A DNA stretch of 36,691 nt, taken from Methanomassiliicoccales archaeon. GTDB taxonomy: Archaea > Thermoplasmatota > Thermoplasmata > Methanomassiliicoccales > JACIVX01. The notes under the pieces were generated by a model, which did not search any database, was not told the origin of the DNA, and worked only from the letters and a program-made list of their open reading frames with translations. This document shows, piece after piece, positions 32,651 through 36,691 of the stretch. Numbering within the stretch: position 1 is the first letter of the stretch; each line of letters begins with the position of its first letter. The position numbers and the translations under genes are program-made. The DNA is taken from contig JAJRAH010000107.1 of NCBI GenBank assembly GCA_028679985.1, positions 1 to 36,691 of the forward strand, read 5' to 3'.

Positions 32651-33652
32651 TCACTCCAACCGCACGCGCGGATCCAAATAGGCGTACATGACATCCACGA
32701 TCAAGTTGACGAGGACATAGATGATAGCTGCCAACAGCGTAAAGCCCAAGATCGCAGCCCAGTCATTGTTCAACGTGGCGGAAGCGGACCACCGCCCGAG
32801 GCCAGGCCAGTTGAATATAGACTCAGTCAGCACGGCTCCGCTAAGCAGGCCGCCGAAGGAAAGGCCAATCACCGTTGTAGTCGGAATCAGTGCATTGCGT
32901 CGAGCATGTTTTCGAATCACGAGCCTTTCCGGCATACCCTTGGACCTCGCAGTCTTGACGTAATCGAGGTTCATGACCTCGAGCATGCTAGACCTCATTA
33001 TCCTCGTTATTATCGCGATTGTCCCAAAGGAAAGTGTGACAGCGGGCATGATGAGATGGATCAGGGCATCGCCAAACAGAGTCGGGTTGCCAGTAAGAAG
33101 CGAGTCGATGAGTCTGAAACCAGTATACTCTGTTATTCCTCCTTGGTTTATGATCAGAATAAGGTCGCCCCTATTATCGGCTGGGAGCCAGCCCAGTTGG
33201 GAATAAAATATATACTGCAACATGAGTCCGAGCCAGAATACGGGAAGTGACACTCCAGAAAGGGCCATCACCCGAGTCGCGTGATCGACGGGTGTGTCTC
33301 TTCTCACGGCCGAGATTGTCCCGAGGGCAATCCCGACAACGACTGCGATTATTATGCTGATGAAAGTCAATTCAAAAGTAGCAGGGAAGTATTCTGCTAT
33401 CGCCTCGGTGACGGGCAAATGTGCAGTCTGAGAATAGCCCCAATCCCCACCGAGCATTCCCTGCAGCCAATAGAAGTATTGAATGTATACTGGCTCGTTC
33501 AAATGAAATCGTTCGCGGATGGCAACGATTGCATCGGGGCTCATGTGCTCCGTGATGTATGCCGCTGCGGGGTCTCCCGCCAGCCTTGTGAGCGTGAAAA
33601 CGAAGACGGAGACACCCAACAACACTGGAATCAGCAGAAGAAGCCGTCTCAC
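32651..33652 (-). CDS. ABC peptide transporter permease (OppB/DppB-type)
   Basis: 'RRLLLLIPVLLGVSVFVF' is the N-terminal TM helix, and 'YVKTARSKGMPERLVIRKHARRNALIP' is the EAA loop. GTG start at 33652. The in-frame upstream codons (LRVFIV) also resemble the family N-terminus, but no canonical start precedes them. Confidence 0.9.
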   Translation of the reverse strand: MRRLLLLIPVLLGVSVFVFTLTRLAGDPAAAYITEHMSPDAIVAIRERFHLNEPVYIQYFYWLQGMLGGDWGYSQTAHLPVTEAIAEYFPATFELTFISIIIAVVVGIALGTISAVRRDTPVDHATRVMALSGVSLPVFWLGLMLQYIFYSQLGWLPADNRGDLILIINQGGITEYTGFRLIDSLLTGNPTLFGDALIHLIMPAVTLSFGTIAIITRIMRSSMLEVMNLDYVKTARSKGMPERLVIRKHARRNALIPTTTVIGLSFGGLLSGAVLTESIFNWPGLGRWSASATLNNDWAAILGFTLLAAIIYVLVNLIVDVMYAYLDPRVRLE

Positions 33653-33844
33653 GATGAAAACGCGGAGCCTCAGAGTTGAGTCACCTCACCAGCATTCAGG
33701 TTGGATGGAACAGCGTCTTGCTATAAAAGATTTTTCTTAATAGCCAGTAGAACTCGAAAGTCGCGCGACCGTCCTCTGTATGATTGCATCTAGGTCAGGG
33801 AAAATAAAGAGAAAAAGGAAAAAGTTTTGAACTTCCGACTAGCC

Positions 33845-36331
33845 TCAGGCTTTGTACATCTCGTAGTATAGCACAAGTGAGTGCATCGGGTTGTAATACC
33901 AACCCTTCACCCAAGAGCGCATGCTGAAGAACGCAGTCGGCTGATCGAGATAGAGCAGGTACGCGTTCTCGTAGGATGACATCGAGATGTCATGGTACAT
34001 CGGGATTCTCAATGCCGGGTCCGTCTCGAAAGCGGCCTCCTCGATCATCGTCGTAAGCGTCTGGTTCTCCATACCAGAGTAGTACGGGAACGAGCCGTTC
34101 TGATGCAGCAACGGGTTCGCGAAGTTGTCCGGGTCTGGATAGTCGGCACCCCAAGCGATTATGGAGCACGGCAGCTGCCTCGCCTCCCTGGCGTTCAGGA
34201 AAGTCGGCCAGTCAAGCGCGTTGACTGTCACCGTGAAAGTGCCAGTGATTCCCAGAGATGCGTTGGCACTCATCTCGGTGAACGCGTCTTGTATCATCAG
34301 GCCTGCCGACTGCCTGCCCAGGTTACCAGCGTTGTAGTAGAGGTTGAGCTCGAAGCCGTTGTCCGCATATGTGTCGTCCGGATCAGCGGTCCTCGTGTCC
34401 TTCGCCGCATTCAAGTACTGTGCTGCCTTCGTCAGGTTGTAGTCGTACATCGGGATGTCGGGATCGTATCCCAGCAGACCCTGCACTATCGGACCGTTCG
34501 CTCTAAGCGCGGTTCCCATAGTGATGTCTTCAATGAACTGCTCGTAGTTGAATGCGTAGCAGAACGCCTTCCTCACGTTGACGTCATTGAAGAACGTCAG
34601 GGGTATGTCACCGATGTCCGGGCCTCCAGGCTCGATGTCCGTAGCCATGTACATGAAGAGCACGGAGAGCGTCGGCTTGTAGGTCAGTACGATGTCAGCG
34701 TTGCCTTCCATGTCTCCACGGTGCTGTACCGGCATGACTGCAGCGTCTACATCACCGCCTCTGAGCAGCATGAGCCTCGTTCCGTAGTCGTTCGCCTTCT
34801 TTATGATGACGTACTCCAGCTTCGCCTTGTCCTCCTGCCAGTAGTTGTCGAACCTCTGCATGATGATGTGCTGGTTCGATGCCCACTCCACCAGCATAAA
34901 GGGTCCCGTACCGTCGCAGTGTCTGTTCATGTACTCGTTCCGCTCGAGGGGTTGGACGCCGCCGTGGTTCTCCACGAATTCCATCGGATAGATGGAGTTG
35001 ACCGTGTATGCCATAATCTGGTTGAACACCGGCATCGGGTTGATCAAGTGGATTGTCACGGTCATATCGTCTACGAGTTCGACAGCCTCATCAATCGCGG
35101 CGCTGTCAAGCTCCTCCCCGGGAGCGTAACCTGGTATCATGAACTGTCCTAGCATGAACGCAGGTCCAGCCGGATCGTTCATGATGAGGACGCGCTCTAT
35201 GCAGTACTCCACATCTGCACCACTGAGAGTTCCGGACGTGTAGTGGAACGGCACACCCTCCCGTATCTCGTATGTCCAGTTCTTGAAGTCGGGTGTCACC
35301 AGACCGTTCTCGATGCTCGGGACTCTCTCGGCCAGGACGGGTACCATTTCGTCCGCGGCCGTGCTTTCGTGGTCGTAGGTCACCAGGGTCTCATACACGT
35401 TCTGCAGGATTTCGCCACCGGCGCTCTCGTAGTCCCAAGCGGGGTCTAGAGACTGGGGCTCACCAAACTCGGCATACGTGAAGATATTGGGGTTCTTTAC
35501 AACTGTACCTGATGCGCCACCGACCGGCACAACTACTATTGTCCAGTAGTACCGCTGAGAAGGACCGTGTATGCTCGTCGCCAGAACGTAGTTGTCATAC
35601 ACGTCACCATCGCCGAGGAAAGTGTGACTCACCCCTCCCGCAACGGTAAGGTTGCCAGAGACAACGGCAGATCCGTCAGCGAAGTGCCACTCGACCTCAT
35701 CGATGTTCTCCGGACCCCAGCTAGCATACCACTCTTCAGCGTCCTCGTCATACAGCATCGTGCATGCACTGGAGGAGTTCGCGTCGAACGAAACGGCGGT
35801 ATTGTTCTGAATAGCTCCACCGCTCGCCGCTACCAGCGCAGTTGGAATCGTGTCGTTGTTCTCTTCCTCAGGTGTGGGGTTGAAAACCTCGACGCGGATC
35901 GGCGCGTTCCAGTTGGTCGTCGTCGCTCCCTTGTCATCCTCTACCGTGAGAACAACAAGGTACATACCTGGGTATGCGTAGGTGTGCTCAGTCAAGGCAG
36001 AAGTCTTGGTCTCCTCGACGCCATCACCATACTGCCAGGTGTAGTTGACAATATCACCATCTGGATCGCTGCTTGCAGTCGCATTGAACACGATCGAAGT
36101 GTTGAATTCCACGGCTGTGCCGCTGGCAGAGAAGCTCACCGTCGGAGTCTTGTTTTCCGGTTCTTGTCCTCCCAACAAGAGCAAGGCGCCACCGATTGCA
36201 GCGACAACGACGATTATCACGACAACAGCCGCGATGATCTTCGTCATCGATTTCTTGCCGCCCTCCTCTCTTGGAAGTTTCTCGCCTTCACCTTCCATTT
36301 TTATCCTTTCCTCCTTCTCCCTAAAAACCAA
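33845..36331 (-). CDS. Membrane-anchored ABC substrate-binding protein (family 5, peptide/nickel type) with N-terminal PKD-like domain(s)
   Basis: N-terminal anchor 'KIIAAVVVIIVVVAAIGGALLLL'. PKD-type module 'FNATASSDPDGDIVNYTWQYGDG...HTYAYPGMYLVVLTVEDDKGATTT' and a second Ig-like segment. These are followed by a long SBP_bac_5-like body ('FGEPQSLDPAWDYESAGGEILQNVYETLV...'). Possible starts are TTG 36331, ATG 36298 or ATG 36247. A palindromic TATA 'CTATATATAG' lies at 36373-36382. Confidence 0.9.
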   Translation of the reverse strand: MVFREKEERIKMEGEGEKLPREEGGKKSMTKIIAAVVVIIVVVAAIGGALLLLGGQEPENKTPTVSFSASGTAVEFNTSIVFNATASSDPDGDIVNYTWQYGDGVEETKTSALTEHTYAYPGMYLVVLTVEDDKGATTTNWNAPIRVEVFNPTPEEENNDTIPTALVAASGGAIQNNTAVSFDANSSSACTMLYDEDAEEWYASWGPENIDEVEWHFADGSAVVSGNLTVAGGVSHTFLGDGDVYDNYVLATSIHGPSQRYYWTIVVVPVGGASGTVVKNPNIFTYAEFGEPQSLDPAWDYESAGGEILQNVYETLVTYDHESTAADEMVPVLAERVPSIENGLVTPDFKNWTYEIREGVPFHYTSGTLSGADVEYCIERVLIMNDPAGPAFMLGQFMIPGYAPGEELDSAAIDEAVELVDDMTVTIHLINPMPVFNQIMAYTVNSIYPMEFVENHGGVQPLERNEYMNRHCDGTGPFMLVEWASNQHIIMQRFDNYWQEDKAKLEYVIIKKANDYGTRLMLLRGGDVDAAVMPVQHRGDMEGNADIVLTYKPTLSVLFMYMATDIEPGGPDIGDIPLTFFNDVNVRKAFCYAFNYEQFIEDITMGTALRANGPIVQGLLGYDPDIPMYDYNLTKAAQYLNAAKDTRTADPDDTYADNGFELNLYYNAGNLGRQSAGLMIQDAFTEMSANASLGITGTFTVTVNALDWPTFLNAREARQLPCSIIAWGADYPDPDNFANPLLHQNGSFPYYSGMENQTLTTMIEEAAFETDPALRIPMYHDISMSSYENAYLLYLDQPTAFFSMRSWVKGWYYNPMHSLVLYYEMYKA

Positions 36332-36538
36332 TCACAATTGGGAGACTGGGCTCTTGGTAGGAGTTTGTTGCTATATATAGATTTTGAGAATTCAGTCGCG
36401 TGTCTGAATGCCTCGCGTTAGAATGACACACGAAAGAGTTAACAAATGCTTACCCTATCATGTACCAAACATCAGGTGTGTTAGCTTTCATGGGTCGAAA
36501 TCTCATCATTCGCCGATTGTCTTTCCTCCGTAACACGG

Positions 36539-36691
36539 CTACGGCGTCGAGAGCGAGACTCTCGAGGGATTCAGGTCATAGATGAGCTTGCGCGCCCACT
36601 CTAGCTTCTTCGCCTTGGTGACAGTGTTCTTCCCAGCTTGTGCTCTTGCAGTCGTGAAATCGAACCCGATCAGGAATATCCTGTTTGCCCC
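36539..36691 (-). CDS. 3' end of an unidentified gene running in from the window edge (partial)
   Basis: The minus-strand frame is open from the window end to TAG (plus-strand cta at 36539-36541). It reads 'GANRIFLIGFDFTTARAQAGKNTVTKAKKLEWARKLIYDLNPSRVSLSTP'. The composition is protein-like, but only 50 codons are visible and no family is recognised. Confidence 0.3.
   Translation of the reverse strand, partial: GANRIFLIGFDFTTARAQAGKNTVTKAKKLEWARKLIYDLNPSRVSLSTP

Noticed and set aside
32651-33680. OppB-type permease: conserved-looking N-terminal residues (LRVFIV) encoded upstream of the GTG start without a canonical start codon
   Set aside because: The extension is only about 6 residues, and GTG/TTG starts are common in this window. 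The similarity is too short to argue for a non-canonical start or an error.
33992-35152. 386-aa plus-strand ORF (and the 284-aa ORF 35567..36421) antisense to the substrate-binding protein gene
   Set aside because: The products are Arg/Val/His-rich with no motifs. They lie entirely opposite a gene with strong family signatures. This is typical shadow-frame behaviour in GC-rich coding DNA.

Overview
This 36.7-kb window is a stretch of archaeal chromosome, most consistent with a Thermoplasmata-like euryarchaeon. Supporting evidence: an archaeal-type PheRS beta chain, SRP54 plus an archaeal 7S/SRP RNA, TrmY, a split LplB/LplA lipoate ligase, and a BHB-type tRNA intron. AT-rich TATA boxes sit about 25 nt upstream of start codons and RNA 5' ends, TTG/GTG starts are frequent, and genes often overlap by 4 nt (ATGA/TTGA). 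The content is dense and mostly housekeeping. It includes glycerate kinase (5'-partial), pheT, tRNA-Ser(UGA), a permease and a PPAT-NTPase fusion. It also includes trmY-srp54, a GvpD/KaiC-like ATPase operon with two paralogous wHTH genes and a coiled-coil protein, purB and an intron-containing tRNA-Ala(CGC). Further along are a CMD-family protein, a SAM methyltransferase, an ACT protein, MarC, a UbiA prenyltransferase and an FTR-like/thioredoxin pair. The rest comprises lplB-lplA, an isochorismatase-family hydrolase, SRP RNA, an AIR-synthase-related protein, class III RNR nrdD, an M50/PDZ site-2 protease and a five-gene Opp/Dpp-type ABC peptide transporter with a PKD-domain binding protein. 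I saw no CRISPR array, transposase, integrase, toxin-antitoxin pair or recognisable defence gene, and I cannot point to a convincing new multi-gene system. The observations most worth a second look are as follows. (1) A 23-nt intron in the D-loop of tRNA-Ala, flanked by a textbook helix-bulge-helix-bulge-helix motif. (2) An open chimeric ORF that joins the N-terminal ~45% of lipoyl synthase to the last ~38 residues of a 2-oxoacid dehydrogenase E2, next to an intact split lipoate ligase. (3) A tandem pair of unrecognised Cys-rich mini-proteins. (4) A GvpD-like ATPase with two wHTH paralogs outside any gas-vesicle context. (5) Two single-base frame disruptions at homopolymer runs. All functional calls come from by-eye motif recognition; no searches were run.
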